This document shows positions 31,923 to 42,679 of a stretch of 64,000 nucleotides of DNA, piece by piece. The DNA lies in NCBI GenBank assembly GCA_963769935.1, contig CAVYNY010000015.1, positions 89,266 to 153,265 of the forward strand, written 5' to 3'. The position numbers and the translations under genes were made by a program. The notes under the pieces are model-generated. The model ran no database searches. It was not told where the DNA came from and was given only the letters and a program-made list of their open reading frames with translations. This DNA comes from an uncultured delta proteobacterium. GTDB lineage: Bacteria > Desulfobacterota > Desulfobacteria > Desulfobacterales > JAFDCJ01. The first letter of the stretch is position 1. Every line of letters starts with the position of its first letter.

Positions 31923-32077
31923 AAGATGCCCGTTTTGAGTCCTTATTTTCGGTACTCAAAATATACTTCTAAGGTCAAATATTCCCCCTAATTTACAACC
32001 TTTTTGCCATGAATACAAAGCCTTGCGGTGGTCAGGCCCAATCGGAAACGGCTTCGTCAACAGTAACTGGGTGTTTC

Positions 32078-32257
32078 TTATTTTTTTTCATTGCTCAGGT
32101 AATTGGCTTGAACCTGCTGAAGTTTGGTAAAGAATTCCTTCTCGGTGAAGAAACCTTTTTCAATGAGCAGTTTGATAGCTGTGTCCACCTGAATCGAGCA
32201 TGCGATCAGCAACTCTTTGATACTGGCAAGTTCATCGGAATCGATTTTTTGAGCCAC
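32078..32257 (-). CDS. Small hypothetical protein (59 aa)
   Basis: AAGGAG RBS and GTG start; MAQKIDSDEL..LLIEKGFFTEKEFF. Confidence 0.55.
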   Translation of the reverse strand: MAQKIDSDELASIKELLIACSIQVDTAIKLLIEKGFFTEKEFFTKLQQVQANYLSNEKK

Positions 32258-32298
32258 CGGGGAACTCCTTTTGATTGCAGGATAAATTTTATGGGTTG

Positions 32299-32703
32299 TT
32301 AATCCAACGCTGTGGTTGGCTTCTCGATTGGTGTTTTTTTCGGTGTTGGAGTTTCGGACGGTTTTCGACCCAAATCCACATATGCATCGAAATAAGCGCC
32401 CTGTTCGACAGAAATGCCTTTGCTTTTGATGTTTCCGGAAAAATTTGCCTCTTTGGCAATCTCAACCTTTCCTGATGCGATGATATCCCCTTTCATATGA
32501 CCCCTGATTCTCACGTTTTGCGCCCGTGCTTCACCCTCCAATCTACCACCGGGGCCTAAAAAGAGGTTGTAATCTTCAATGTCCACATTACCTTTTATCC
32601 TGCCATTTATGATCAGGTGTTCTTTAGCTTTAATATTGCCATCAATTGTGGTGGAATTATTTATCGTGGTTTTCTCTTCTTTTACGATGCCATCAGATTC
32701 CAT
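32299..32703 (-). CDS. Bactofilin (polymer-forming cytoskeletal protein)
   Basis: IDGNI, INGRIKGNV, GDIIASGKVEI and VEQGAYF repeats. Confidence 0.85.
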   Translation of the reverse strand: MESDGIVKEEKTTINNSTTIDGNIKAKEHLIINGRIKGNVDIEDYNLFLGPGGRLEGEARAQNVRIRGHMKGDIIASGKVEIAKEANFSGNIKSKGISVEQGAYFDAYVDLGRKPSETPTPKKTPIEKPTTALD

Positions 32704-33055
32704 GGGATATCCCTCCTCTAATTGGATGGTTGGCAATTATGGTTGGTCACGCAGTGTCATATGAAAAATTGCTGATGGTGTCAATGGGTACCTCCTGACT
32801 TTGGGGTTGATGTTTGCTAAACCCAATTGTTTTAAGAGCCCCAGATGGTTTTTCAATTATTATTTTCTATGTCGCGCAAAATCGAGGTATTAGTTTAAAA
32901 ACGCTGGACAGTACAGTCGTTCAGCATTACTCTATCATTGAAAGTTGCGTGGGCCACGTCCGATGTTTCCTGAAATATCTGGGACGATTGTGCGCCGCCG
33001 ACGCAGCGCAAGTCCGTTTCGTCATGGTCGTTACGACGCCAGAGAGGAGGGCCAG

Positions 33056-33448
33056 ATGGCAAAAACGCTTAAAAGTACGCTCTCGGGAGTGTGGCTCATG
33101 CAGACCGTCAAGATGAGTGTCCCGGTGCCCTGCAAGATTGAGTACACAGTGCGCCACAAGGGCGATGGCAACAACAAGCTCAGAGTTCGGTATGGAAGCT
33201 TTTTTCACCTCATCTGGGCCAAGGTCCACGATTTCGAGATCGAGCCAGGCAAGTCGAAGTCCCGGAGCACGGAGGAAAAGAGCGACAATTCAGGGACGGA
33301 GGACAACTGGCAGGACGTCCGCTGGAGGCTCTCGCGCACGGCGCTGACCAAGGCGATTGACTGGGAGCTGACATACACCGTCACTCGCCTCAAGGACGAG
33401 ACCGACGCGACCTCACAGTGCAGCTCCACGGTCACCTCCGATGAATGA
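33056..33448 (+). CDS. Hypothetical protein
   Basis: GAGGAGG RBS; GC-rich open frame. Confidence 0.5.
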   Translation: MAKTLKSTLSGVWLMQTVKMSVPVPCKIEYTVRHKGDGNNKLRVRYGSFFHLIWAKVHDFEIEPGKSKSRSTEEKSDNSGTEDNWQDVRWRLSRTALTKAIDWELTYTVTRLKDETDATSQCSSTVTSDE

Positions 33449-33659
33449 CCTGTCGCACGGCGTGAGGAGGCGGTCGCGCAGATGATGGGTTTATATGTTT
33501 ACACCACCCGCATTTTAAGCATATTTTGTCGCCGGAAACAAATCCGTCGGCGCCTCTGCCGGGTCGCTACGCCAAGCGATTGATGATTCAACTTTATTGT
33601 CCCGAAAACGAGTGTTTTATAGGCCCATATCCTCATTTTCAGCTTAGAAAAGAGAATAT

Positions 33660-34040
33660 TGGGAACGGGTATTGGTATATTGGCAGATGTCATCGCCTTA
33701 GCTGGACTGGAGTCCCTTTTCTCTGATAATCTTTTCGCTCCGTTTTACCGATTGGCTGGCCGTGGGTTTTGAAATGCCAAGCCTTTTGGAAAGCTCCAAG
33801 GTAGCTGATACCAAGTTCCCGTGCGGCCCAGTGGCAGAGCACGCTGCGGGCTTTAACCGTAGCCGGGTACCTCCCCCGCCGCGTTACGATTTCCGGGTCT
33901 AAACTCAAAAGGGTTGCCACTTGACCCACCAGCCAATCAAAATCACAGCCCTGCGAAAGATATTGGTAGCGCCGCTCCAACTGCTGCCGGCAACTTTCTA
34001 AAACCGCTTTCACGAAATTGCCGTCACCCAGGATCCGTTT
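33660..34040 (-). mobile_element. Y1/RAYT element, 3' remnant
   Basis: Similar to 55068..55443, including the terminal repeat. Confidence 0.8.
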
Positions 34041-34102
34041 TGATGCTATTGATTTAATACTTTTTGAATTATTTTATCTTGGAATGAAGTCATTTTTCCG
34101 AT

Positions 34103-34160
34103 GTCTAACTCTCAGGTAACGCGCGAGCGGCAGCGAGTCGGGTTCACTCGGTTGTTCGGC
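34103..34160 (-). other. attC site
   Basis: GTCTAAC...GTTCGGC, 58 bp, inner L-box palindrome; downstream of 34193..34852. Confidence 0.75.
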
Positions 34161-34192
34161 ATTCATCTTCAGTGCTGCGATTCTTTTTCTCT

Positions 34193-34852
34193 TCATTCAA
34201 ATTCCAGCACACCAAATGATCGGGGAAGATGAAAATTCGGTTTTGGGTAATCAACCGGCGACCAGGTCAGCCAGTGCGGATGTGAACTGCTGTCGGCACA
34301 CTTGTAGAAATTTGCTCGCCACAAAACATGTGGCTTCGGCGTGCTCACCGAACAGTATCTTCTCAGCAGGGCTATTGGTATCGAGTATTCAACGGTCCAT
34401 GTGACAGATTCCTGGATTTCCGGATCTACAATGCTTGGCAGCGAATGCGTGGCTATTATCTTGTCACAGTCACTTGCAGGGATCTCAATCCTCCCTTTCT
34501 TTAACCCCGAGTTGAAATGGAACAGGATGATACCTCCACAATTCATTTCAAAGTTAAAGTAGCCTTTGAGCACATCGTAACCTGGTGTGAAGAAGAACTC
34601 AACACAACTATCCCCACAGACACTATTTTGATGCTTTGTGGCTATTGAGCGAACATATCTGTCTTCGACTCGGAACATCACGAGTATAGCCATGTCGTCG
34701 TAGGCGATCTTCACTTCCGTCTTGGGGAAATGGTCGGGTTTCTTTCCCATGTAGTTCCGGATCAATTCGGACGGAATATCTTGCCATGGCGGGTTGTTCC
34801 AAACTGTACCAGCCTTCGGAGAGCTTGCCAGTCTTTTTACTGTAGCAATCAT
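34193..34852 (-). CDS. Carbohydrate-binding family 9-like protein (cassette)
   Basis: DSCVEFF, YFNFEMN, WRANFYKC and PNFH.P..FG motifs. Confidence 0.8.
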   Translation of the reverse strand: MIATVKRLASSPKAGTVWNNPPWQDIPSELIRNYMGKKPDHFPKTEVKIAYDDMAILVMFRVEDRYVRSIATKHQNSVCGDSCVEFFFTPGYDVLKGYFNFEMNCGGIILFHFNSGLKKGRIEIPASDCDKIIATHSLPSIVDPEIQESVTWTVEYSIPIALLRRYCSVSTPKPHVLWRANFYKCADSSSHPHWLTWSPVDYPKPNFHLPRSFGVLEFE

Positions 34853-34992
34853 GTTCTGCTTTCTTTGCCGAGCGCCTTGAACTTACTTGCCGACAACTTG
34901 AATTCCGACCCATGTATCAGGAAATTGCCGCAAAATAAAAAATTCCCCATAAAAAAAATTATTTTATGTAATCGCTTCATTGTTTGCTTGAC

Positions 34993-35049
34993 GTAGAACC
35001 AAAGTTCACCGGCGCCCGTCAGGGCGTCCAGTGCACCGTATAATTATAG
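34993..35049 (-). other. attC-like site with degenerate R''
   Basis: GTAGAAC..TTCACCGG-CGCCC..GGGCG-TCCAGTGCA; overlaps the stop of the acyl-CoA synthetase. Confidence 0.55.
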
Positions 35050-36615
35050 CCTGTCAGCGTGGCCCGTCCCCAAATTTTCCAGCGCCTCTGCCGCCATGCG
35101 CTTCAGAGTCACGCGGTCCACCTTGCCCGTCGCATTCAGCGGCATCTCGTCGAGGAAGATGACCTCTTCCGGCGCCTTGTAGCCGACGCGCGCGCGGGCG
35201 AATTGGATGAGATCCTGCATCGTGGGCCGCGGTCTCCCCCCGTCCAGCGTGACATAGGCGCGCACGTTTTCGCCGTGCCAGGGGCTTTGCACGCCAACGA
35301 CGCCTGCAATGGCCACGGCGTCGTGTTCCAGCAGCGCGGCTTCCACCTCTTGCGGGCAAATGTTCGAGCCGTCGTGGATGATGATCTGCTTCTGGCGGCC
35401 TTGGAACCAAAGATAGCCGTCCTCGTCCGCGCTCATCACGTCGCCGGTATCCAGCCAGCCATCGACGATCGTCTCGGCGGTCACCGCCGGATTGTTCCAA
35501 TAGGCGACCATACTGCCGGGAAACTTGATCCAAAGACGCCCGGGCGCGCCGTTCGGCTCCTCGCAGCCGTCCTTGCCGCGCAATGAGGCCTGGTAGCCGG
35601 GCGCGATGCGCCCGACAGAGCCGATCCTGGGCGATTTTAGCGGATTGACGGCCGGAACGCCGATCTCGGTCATACCGTAGTCCTCGTCGATCGCGATGCC
35701 GGCAAGCGCGGCGAACTCCGCCTCAAGGGCCGCGGAAACCTTGTCGCCGCCCGAATAACACGCCTTGACCGAGGTGAAATCCGCGTGGCGGGCGCCGTGA
35801 TCTTGAACCAGTGCATAGAGCGCTGAGGGAAGCATCCACAGCTTGGTCGGCCGTTCGTTGCGCAGCAGCGGCAAGATCTCGTCGCCATCGAAGGTGCGCG
35901 CCATCACGACCCTGCCACCCGCAGCAAACGTCATCATGGACAAGTGGTGCCCGCCGACATGTGATGCCGACCCGCCGGGCAGCATGACGTCGTCGGGACC
36001 CATCTCGAAGCTCCTGACGGCGCTCGCGATGATCCAGCCCAGCGTCTCGAAGCTGTGGCAGACCCCCTTTGGCTTGCCGGTGCTGCCCGACGTGAAGAAG
36101 ATAATCGCTGGGTCTTCCAGCGTGGGCGGGGCGAAGTCGCGGGTCGGCTCGCCGTCGGTTAGCGATCTGAACGTTAAGCCGTCGCGTCCGCCATCGTCGT
36201 CATAGCTGATGCGGCCGAGTGGCAGTTTACCCGCAAGCTTGCTCGCGGCCAGGTCTTCGCGGCGCTCGTCATGGGCGAGCAGAATTCTCGCGCCGCAGAC
36301 CTCGAGCGCATGGTCGATTTCCGGCGCCATGTACCGGTAGTTCAGTGGCACCGCGACAAGCCCGCACTTCATGCAGGCGAGATAATGGACCATAAGCTCC
36401 GTGCGATTCGGCATGAGCGATGCGATCCGATCGCCCGGCGATAGAAGGTCCAGGTAATTGCCGGCCAGACGGGTGGAAGCGGAATCGAGCATCCGCCAGG
36501 TCCAGCGGCGCCGGCGCGAAACGAGCGCGTCGGCATCAGGTTTTGTGGCGAGCCCCTGCTTCAGTATCTCCGCGAGATTGAGAGGCCTGTCCAGCGGCGG
36601 TCCGACAATCGGCAT
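35044..36615 (-). CDS. AMP-binding acyl-CoA synthetase family protein
   Basis: FTSGSTGKPKG, YGMTE, DTGD and ATGK motifs; high GC. Confidence 0.9.
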   Translation of the reverse strand: MPIVGPPLDRPLNLAEILKQGLATKPDADALVSRRRRWTWRMLDSASTRLAGNYLDLLSPGDRIASLMPNRTELMVHYLACMKCGLVAVPLNYRYMAPEIDHALEVCGARILLAHDERREDLAASKLAGKLPLGRISYDDDGGRDGLTFRSLTDGEPTRDFAPPTLEDPAIIFFTSGSTGKPKGVCHSFETLGWIIASAVRSFEMGPDDVMLPGGSASHVGGHHLSMMTFAAGGRVVMARTFDGDEILPLLRNERPTKLWMLPSALYALVQDHGARHADFTSVKACYSGGDKVSAALEAEFAALAGIAIDEDYGMTEIGVPAVNPLKSPRIGSVGRIAPGYQASLRGKDGCEEPNGAPGRLWIKFPGSMVAYWNNPAVTAETIVDGWLDTGDVMSADEDGYLWFQGRQKQIIIHDGSNICPQEVEAALLEHDAVAIAGVVGVQSPWHGENVRAYVTLDGGRPRPTMQDLIQFARARVGYKAPEEVIFLDEMPLNATGKVDRVTLKRMAAEALENLGTGHADRL

Positions 36616-36893
36616 GGTGATCCCTCCTGACAGAGTTGGTTACGAACGCATCGTGCTCCTCACAGTATCGAATAGAGTATTAGGGTACGTTCCTCGAATT
36701 CTCGGATTTGTCCTCTTCCAAATTCTCCTGGGCGGCTTTTAGCTTTTAATACGTTCTCGACGAAAGCCCCCTCACAATGATATGATGCAGCACTCCAGGA
36801 GCGTCTACACAGGCTTTTCGAGGCATATCGAGCAGCTATCAAATAATTCGCACTTTATAAACCGTAAATCCGAGGAACGTCCCCTATAGCTCC

Positions 36894-36974
36894 CTCCAAT
36901 GTCGAATTTCATCCCGCGTAGCGGGAGTCCCATCGACTTGAGTTTGACTCGGCCCGACATCCGCCTGGTTGGGC
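36894..36974 (-). other. Degenerate attC-like site
   Basis: CTCCAAT...GTTGGGC just downstream of the stop at 36982. Confidence 0.35.
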
Positions 36975-36981
36975 ACCTTAC

Positions 36982-37140
36982 TTAAGGATTAGCATTATTG
37001 CCCTGTGAAATACTTGAGGAACTCCTTTCCAAAGCAATTTGTCTTGCAAGATATATCTTGGCTAAACTCTGGTAAGGAACATCTTTCTTATTTGATAGAA
37101 TCTTCAGTTCTGCCAACATATCCTCGGGCAAAAAGATCAC
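36982..37140 (-). pseudogene. CopG-like antitoxin C-terminal fragment
   Basis: LPEDMLAELK..NKKDVPYQSL.KIYL. Confidence 0.6.
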
Positions 37141-37221
37141 TGAAAGAGTCCGATTTGCATCAGTTTTGCCAACTGCAGCCCCACATATGGCCCGCAGGAC
37201 GGGAAATCGTGGCATGTCCGC

Positions 37222-38862
37222 TCAGCGCGACCAGAGATGACGCATGAAGGTCCGCGCTTCCGACAGCCCCAGGGCCCGTGCGATTGCGAAGTAGGCCAGC
37301 CCGAAAGGCACCAGCACAACGATCGCCGTCAGCACCGGTGTGTGGAGCCCGAACCAGCGGTGCACCAGCCAGGCAATCCCGGCGGCGGAAAAAGCGGCCG
37401 TCCCGACTCTGGCCAGGTAGCCCCCGGCCAGGTAGACGCGGCAGATCAGGAATCGGCGCAGCAGGTAAAACTCGACCCAGGAGGCAATCCCGGCCGAAAC
37501 GGTCAAGCCGGCAGCACCCCAGCGCGGCGCGATACCCAGAGCTGCGGGCAGGTGCAGGGCGAAAACGTAGCCAAGGATGCTGGTCAGCGCCACCCGCACG
37601 ACGGCGAAGCGCAGCGGGGTGCGTGTATCGCGCAGGGCATAGTAGGCCGAAGCGTATAACCGGCCGCAGGTCGAGGCCAGCAGGCCGACCGTCGCACCGG
37701 CCAGGATGCTCCACACGTAGAGCACATCGGCGCGCGTAAATTGGCCGGTCTGATAAATGGCGGCCACGATAACATCGCCCAGCACCAGGAAAGCAGCCAC
37801 CGAAGGCATCACGAAAAAGGCGATGCGGCGCAGGCCGGCATCGAGGCGTGCGCGTAGGGCGGCGATCACTTGCGTTTCGTCGCCCAGTTCTGCCGACATC
37901 AGGGGCAGTTCGGCCGCCGAAACCGACATGCCGAACAGGCTGACCGGCAGGGTGTAAAGCGTTTGTGCGTATGCAAACGCGGCGACGGCCCCTGTGGGCA
38001 GCAGGCTGGCCAGCAGAGCGTCCACGTAGGCGCTGATCTGGACCACTCCCCGTCCAACGAAAACGGGAAAGAAGTTGCGGATCACCGTCTTGACATGGTC
38101 CGCATGATAATCCAGGGACAGGTGCAGGCGGCGCAGCAGTTTGAGCACGACCGGCCATTGCACCCCCACCTGCAGCGCGCTGCCCGCAACCGAACCCCAG
38201 GCCAGGATCCGGGCCAGGGGAAACTGGGACCGGCCGCTGCCAAATATGAGTAAGGTGGCGATCATGGCCGCATTCCACACCACCGGCGCCGTGTAGGAGA
38301 GGAAAAAGCGGCGATGGCTGTTGAGGATCCCCAGGCACCAGGCCGAAAGGACCAACAGCCCAGCGCCGGGAAACAGGATGCGCACCAGACGGATGGTCAG
38401 TTCGCGCTTGGCGCCTGAAAAGCCCGGCGCGATCGCGTCGATCAGCAGCGGTGTGGCCAACACCCCGCTCAGTACCAAAATCGAGGTGGTCAGTGCCAAC
38501 AAAGCCGCAATGGCGCCGGCCGTGCGGCGGGCATCTTCATCATTTCCACTGGCCAGCAGGCGGGCATAGACCGGGATGAAGGACGCCGACAGGACACCTT
38601 CGCCGAACAGATTCTGCAGGAAATTGGGAATGCGGAACGCGGCTTTGAACGCATCGGCCGCATCGGAGCTGCCGAAGTAATGGGCAAAGACCCGATCACG
38701 GATGAGCCCGGTGACGCGGCTTAAAAAAATACCGGATCCCACCAGAAAGGCGTAAGGCTTCGGTGTAGCGCGGCGGGTTGCACGCTGTCCTGCAGGAATT
38801 GCTGCAGGCGCTGTGGGTGGGTTGCGTTCCATGCTCTGAGGTGCATTCATCGCATGAATCAC
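37222..38862 (-). CDS. murJ: Lipid II flippase MurJ
   Basis: SRVTGLIRD, FRIPNFLQNLFGEG.LSASFIP and YAL.DTRTP motifs. Confidence 0.9.
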   Translation of the reverse strand: MIHAMNAPQSMERNPPTAPAAIPAGQRATRRATPKPYAFLVGSGIFLSRVTGLIRDRVFAHYFGSSDAADAFKAAFRIPNFLQNLFGEGVLSASFIPVYARLLASGNDEDARRTAGAIAALLALTTSILVLSGVLATPLLIDAIAPGFSGAKRELTIRLVRILFPGAGLLVLSAWCLGILNSHRRFFLSYTAPVVWNAAMIATLLIFGSGRSQFPLARILAWGSVAGSALQVGVQWPVVLKLLRRLHLSLDYHADHVKTVIRNFFPVFVGRGVVQISAYVDALLASLLPTGAVAAFAYAQTLYTLPVSLFGMSVSAAELPLMSAELGDETQVIAALRARLDAGLRRIAFFVMPSVAAFLVLGDVIVAAIYQTGQFTRADVLYVWSILAGATVGLLASTCGRLYASAYYALRDTRTPLRFAVVRVALTSILGYVFALHLPAALGIAPRWGAAGLTVSAGIASWVEFYLLRRFLICRVYLAGGYLARVGTAAFSAAGIAWLVHRWFGLHTPVLTAIVVLVPFGLAYFAIARALGLSEARTFMRHLWSR

Positions 38863-39124
38863 CGGGCGAAGTCAATACGGCAATTTCAGAAACCACCAAG
38901 GTCGCCCCTTGCCCCAATTAAGGTCGATGGGGTTCGTTTCCGGCTGAGGTGCGGCACTCGGCAGTTCACGAACCCAAAGCCGATACGAAAGCCCGCCCGC
39001 TTCTCGCCGTCACGACCACCCGGCTGTGTTAGGCTCTGTGAAAATGAGCTGATACCATTCCGTGTCGAATGCCCGAGCCTGAAAACTTGAACGTTCACCT
39101 GTTGCAGTGATTGCTGTCTCAACC

Positions 39125-40066
39125 TCACTTTCTTCTCGGAATGAACCCGGGAACGCCGGTCTCCACAACGGCATTCAGCCTGACCCGCAGCTTGATTCCT
39201 TCGTTAATCTCCCGCATGGCGTTTTCGGGAAGTGTGGAGACGTCAAAGTTCTCCTGGATCCGACTGGGTGTCTTCGAGGTGGTCAGGAGGGCCGTCCCGC
39301 GCTGGATAGCCCAGGCGAGCAAGACTTGCGCGGGGGTCTTGTTGACTCGCTTGGCGATAGCGGTAATGACAGGATCCGCCAGCAAGTTGGGCTCGCTGCT
39401 ATGACCTAGCGCGGCGAAAGCTTGCAGCACGATTCCATTCTTTCGGCAATAGTCTAAAAGGTCCCATTCCGGAAGATACGGATGGGACTCGACGTGAACA
39501 ACCGCCGGCTTGATGGTCGCGGCTTCAGAGATCTCCTTCAACTTTTCCAGGCCGATGTCTGATAATCCAATCGCTTTGCACTTCCCCTCGTCCACCAGCT
39601 TCTCTACTGCCTCCCAAGTATCTAACAGCTTCACCCCCCTGTCATAGATCACATTACCGTTCGCGTCCCTCGGGTCTAGCACGTCTCCAGGTTGAAAGGC
39701 GAAAGGGGTGTGGATGAGATAGAGATCGAGGTAGTCGAGCTGGAGTCTCTTGAGGCTTGCCTCAAAGGCCGGTTTGACGCGCTCCGGACGATGATTGGTG
39801 TTCCAGAGTTTCGTGGCGACAAACACATCCTCCCGCTTGATCTTCCCCGCCTCGAACACCTCCTTCATCGCCTCGCCGACCTCTTTCTCAGTCCGGTAAC
39901 GTTCCGCAGTGTCGAGCCCGCGAAATCCTGCCTCCAGCGCCGCCTTGGTCGCATTTTTGGTTGCGATGGGGTCGGGAATCAGCGTTCCAAAACCGAGCGC
40001 CGGGATCGCGCCGGACCCGTTGCTGAGAGCTAACTTTGTGTAGCGAAGATTGTCGTGCTTTATCAT
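39125..40066 (-). CDS. Aldo/keto reductase
   Basis: GFGT, DTAERY, TKLW and YLIHTP motifs; AGGA RBS before MIKHDN. Confidence 0.85.
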   Translation of the reverse strand: MIKHDNLRYTKLALSNGSGAIPALGFGTLIPDPIATKNATKAALEAGFRGLDTAERYRTEKEVGEAMKEVFEAGKIKREDVFVATKLWNTNHRPERVKPAFEASLKRLQLDYLDLYLIHTPFAFQPGDVLDPRDANGNVIYDRGVKLLDTWEAVEKLVDEGKCKAIGLSDIGLEKLKEISEAATIKPAVVHVESHPYLPEWDLLDYCRKNGIVLQAFAALGHSSEPNLLADPVITAIAKRVNKTPAQVLLAWAIQRGTALLTTSKTPSRIQENFDVSTLPENAMREINEGIKLRVRLNAVVETGVPGFIPRRK

Positions 40067-40099
40067 AGTCTTGATCCTCCGTTGATTCCTAGTTGATGT

Positions 40100-40282
40100 C
40101 AGCCCGCGACTGGCGAAGTCAGAGCGATGGCCGGGCAGATACAACAGCCGGTTGATCTCAGCAACGCGCATGCCCTCGGGGTCAGCGCGGACTTTGACTA
40201 TTTCCTCGCCGGCCTCGACCTCGCCTTCCTGCAACACATGAAAATAGAAGCCCGGCCTGCCGTGAGCAACCAAGGTGAACAT
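40100..40282 (-). pseudogene. MOSC/3-alpha domain fragment
   Basis: GRPGFYFHVLQEGEVEAG..VAEINRLLYLPGH. Confidence 0.6.
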
Positions 40283-40882
40283 TGGGCTCACTTCTTAAAT
40301 ATTAAATGTTTCCCACGAATATTTAAGTTGTGACCCTTCTCTTTTCCCTTCTCGGCGATTTTGTCGAAAAGCTTATGCAAGCCGATGAAGTGCGGCCCCT
40401 TCACATTGCGTGATAGCAGGAATCTGCCTCACAGCAGCAATGCGGTGACATCAACCTAGTTATCTACTTTGGACATTAATTTGAATTTGAAGAAGGTAAA
40501 TGGGGTAGATCATGTATTTTTGAAGTACATACTGTATATCTTTGATCCCACGATCTATTGTGAACTGATTGGACCTGGCCCGAGGCTCTCTCAAATACCC
40601 CACAGAGAAACTTTCGTTTGTTAGCCACGCCTGGGTCTTTCTTGGTACATGCCTCAGGCCTTGCGGGAGGTGAAGTGATAAGAAGTCCCTTTTTCAAGTC
40701 CGGGTTATGGTCGGTTTTGGCTTGTGTGTCAAGGAAGATCTGGGTACAAGATGTTGTGACTGCAAGTTGCGGGCGTAAAAATGGGCACTGGATGCCGGGA
40801 GCGTGGAGGTGGAGGCAGTGCCAGGGGTCTCGACCGTGTTTGAAAAGCGGCTCGCCTCACGGAATATAGGGGACGGAATATA

Positions 40883-41175
40883 GGGGACGGGTATTGATAT
40901 ATTGGCATATGTCATCCCCTTAGCTTGAGTCCCTTTTTTTCTAATAATCTTTTCGCCCCGTTTTACCGATTGGCTGGCTGTGGGTTGGGAAATGCCAAGC
41001 CTTTTGGAAAGCTCCAGGGTGCTGATGCCAAGTTCCCGTGCGGCCCAGCAGCAGAGCACGCTGCGGGCTTTAACCGTAGCCGGGTACCTTCCTCGCCGCG
41101 TTACGATTTCCGGGTCTAAACTCAAAAGGGTTGCCACTTGACCCACCAGCCAATTAATATATCAATACCCGTCCC
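40883..41175 (-). mobile_element. Internally deleted Y1/RAYT mini-element with both ends
   Basis: GGGGACGGGTATTGATATATT...AATATATCAATACCCGTCCCC. Confidence 0.8.
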
Positions 41176-41191
41176 CTAAACCCGACACGGC

Positions 41192-41452
41192 TTATTCATA
41201 ATGGGTCCACATGCGAATAATTTTGACCACTTTTTCATTATCTAAAATTTGATAAACCAATCGGTGTTGTATATTAATTCGGCGGGAATAGGCACCCGAT
41301 AAGTCGCCTAATAGCTTCTCAAAAGCTGGAGGAGTCTTATACGGATTTTCGCGAAGGATATCCAATAGCTTTTCCGCTTTAGATCGCAAACCGGCAGAAG
41401 CTAATTTTTTGGCATCTTTTTGTGCCTGTTTTGTAAAAACGACTCGCCACAT
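41192..41452 (-). CDS. yoeB: Txe/YoeB toxin
   Basis: FEKLLGDLSGAYSRRINIQHRLVY..WTHYE. Confidence 0.92.
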   Translation of the reverse strand: MWRVVFTKQAQKDAKKLASAGLRSKAEKLLDILRENPYKTPPAFEKLLGDLSGAYSRRINIQHRLVYQILDNEKVVKIIRMWTHYE

Positions 41453-41694
41453 TACCAGTCAAGCTTCTCAGAGCATTCTTCGATGGGGGTGGAAAGCCCT
41501 TCCCGGATTGACTCCCGCATACCGGGAATATTCAACAGATAGAGGGTTTCCTGAATGGACCGCCAATCATCCTCTGAAATAAGCACGGCACTGCCGCGCT
41601 TGCCTGTTATGACAATTGGTTCATGGGAAGATGCTGCCTCATCAATGAGCCGGTAAAGCTTTGATCTCGCTTCAGTTGCTGTTAAGGTGGGCAT
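41452..41694 (-). CDS. yefM: Phd/YefM antitoxin
   Basis: ATEARSKLYRLID..ETLYLL. Confidence 0.92.
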   Translation of the reverse strand: MPTLTATEARSKLYRLIDEAASSHEPIVITGKRGSAVLISEDDWRSIQETLYLLNIPGMRESIREGLSTPIEECSEKLDW

Positions 41695-41733
41695 AATTTA
41701 CCTCTAATATATCGGTTTTTGAACACCCAAATG

Positions 41734-41759
41734 GTACGCCATAACGTACGCCTTGTCAA
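41734..41759 (-). promoter_or_regulatory. yefM-yoeB promoter/operator
   Basis: GTACG-N6-CGTAC next to TTGACA on the - strand. Confidence 0.6.
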
Positions 41760-41969
41760 GTAACGAATCTAAGGCATAACGCGGCCTTCACCGGTGGCAA
41801 TGGAGCGCAGCGAGATTGCCATTGCTATATCGTTGATTTTGGCCTTCAAAAGCTCAATATAGCCCCGTTTTAGGGGGTAAAATCAAGCCAATTCTGTATA
41901 TATTAATAACCAGTTGGCGCGGCCCGTCCCCAACGTCCAATAATACCCGTCCCCTAAACCCGACACGGC

Positions 41970-42230
41970 TTATTCATAATGGGTCCACATGCGAATAATT
42001 TTGACCACTTTTTCATTATCTAAAATTTGATAAACCAATCGGTGTGGTATATTAATTCGGCGGGAATAGGTATCTTATAAGTCGCCTAATAGCTTCTCAA
42101 AAGCTGGAGGAGTCTTATACGGATTTTCGCGAAGGATATCCAATAGTTTTTCCGCTTTAGATCGCAAACCGGCAGAAGCTAATTTTTTGGCATCTTTTTG
42201 TGCCTGTTTTGTAAAAACGACTCGCCACAT
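41970..42230 (-). pseudogene. yoeB: Second yoeB copy with a premature TAA
   Basis: TCG is replaced by TAA at 42075..42077; otherwise nearly identical to the first copy. Confidence 0.88.
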
Positions 42231-42472
42231 TACCAGTCAAGCTTCTCAGAGCATTCTTCGATGGGGGTGGCTAACCCTTCCCGGATTGACTCCCGCATAC
42301 CGGGAATATTCAACAGATAGAGGGTTTCCTGAATGGACCGCCAATCATCCTCTGAAATAAGCACGGCACTGCCGCGCTTGCCCGTTATGACAATTGGTTC
42401 ATGAGAAGATGCTGCCTCATCAATGAGCCGGTAAAGCCTTGATCTCGCTTCAGTTGCTGTTAAGGTGGGCAT
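42230..42472 (-). CDS. yefM: Second Phd/YefM antitoxin
   Basis: Differs from the first copy at 2 aa. Confidence 0.92.
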   Translation of the reverse strand: MPTLTATEARSRLYRLIDEAASSHEPIVITGKRGSAVLISEDDWRSIQETLYLLNIPGMRESIREGLATPIEECSEKLDW

Positions 42473-42679
42473 AATTAACCTCTAATATATCGGTTTTTGA
42501 ATATCCAAATGGTACGTCATAACGTACGCCTTGTCAAGTAACGAATCTAAAGCATAACGCGGCTTTCACCGGTGGGAATGGAGCGCAGCGAGATCGCCAT
42601 TGCTGATATCGTTGATTTTGGCCTTCAAAAGCTCAATATAGCCCCGTTTTAAGGGGTAAAATCAAGCCAATTCTATAGT

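Noticed and set aside
32071..32094. MKKNKKH-like start shared with 15951..15974
   Set aside because: Short, low-complexity T-rich match; not enough to claim a repeat.
39125..40291. MOSC-AKR fusion protein
   Set aside because: The AKR has its own RBS and ATG; the upstream part is a short MOSC remnant that happens to be in frame.
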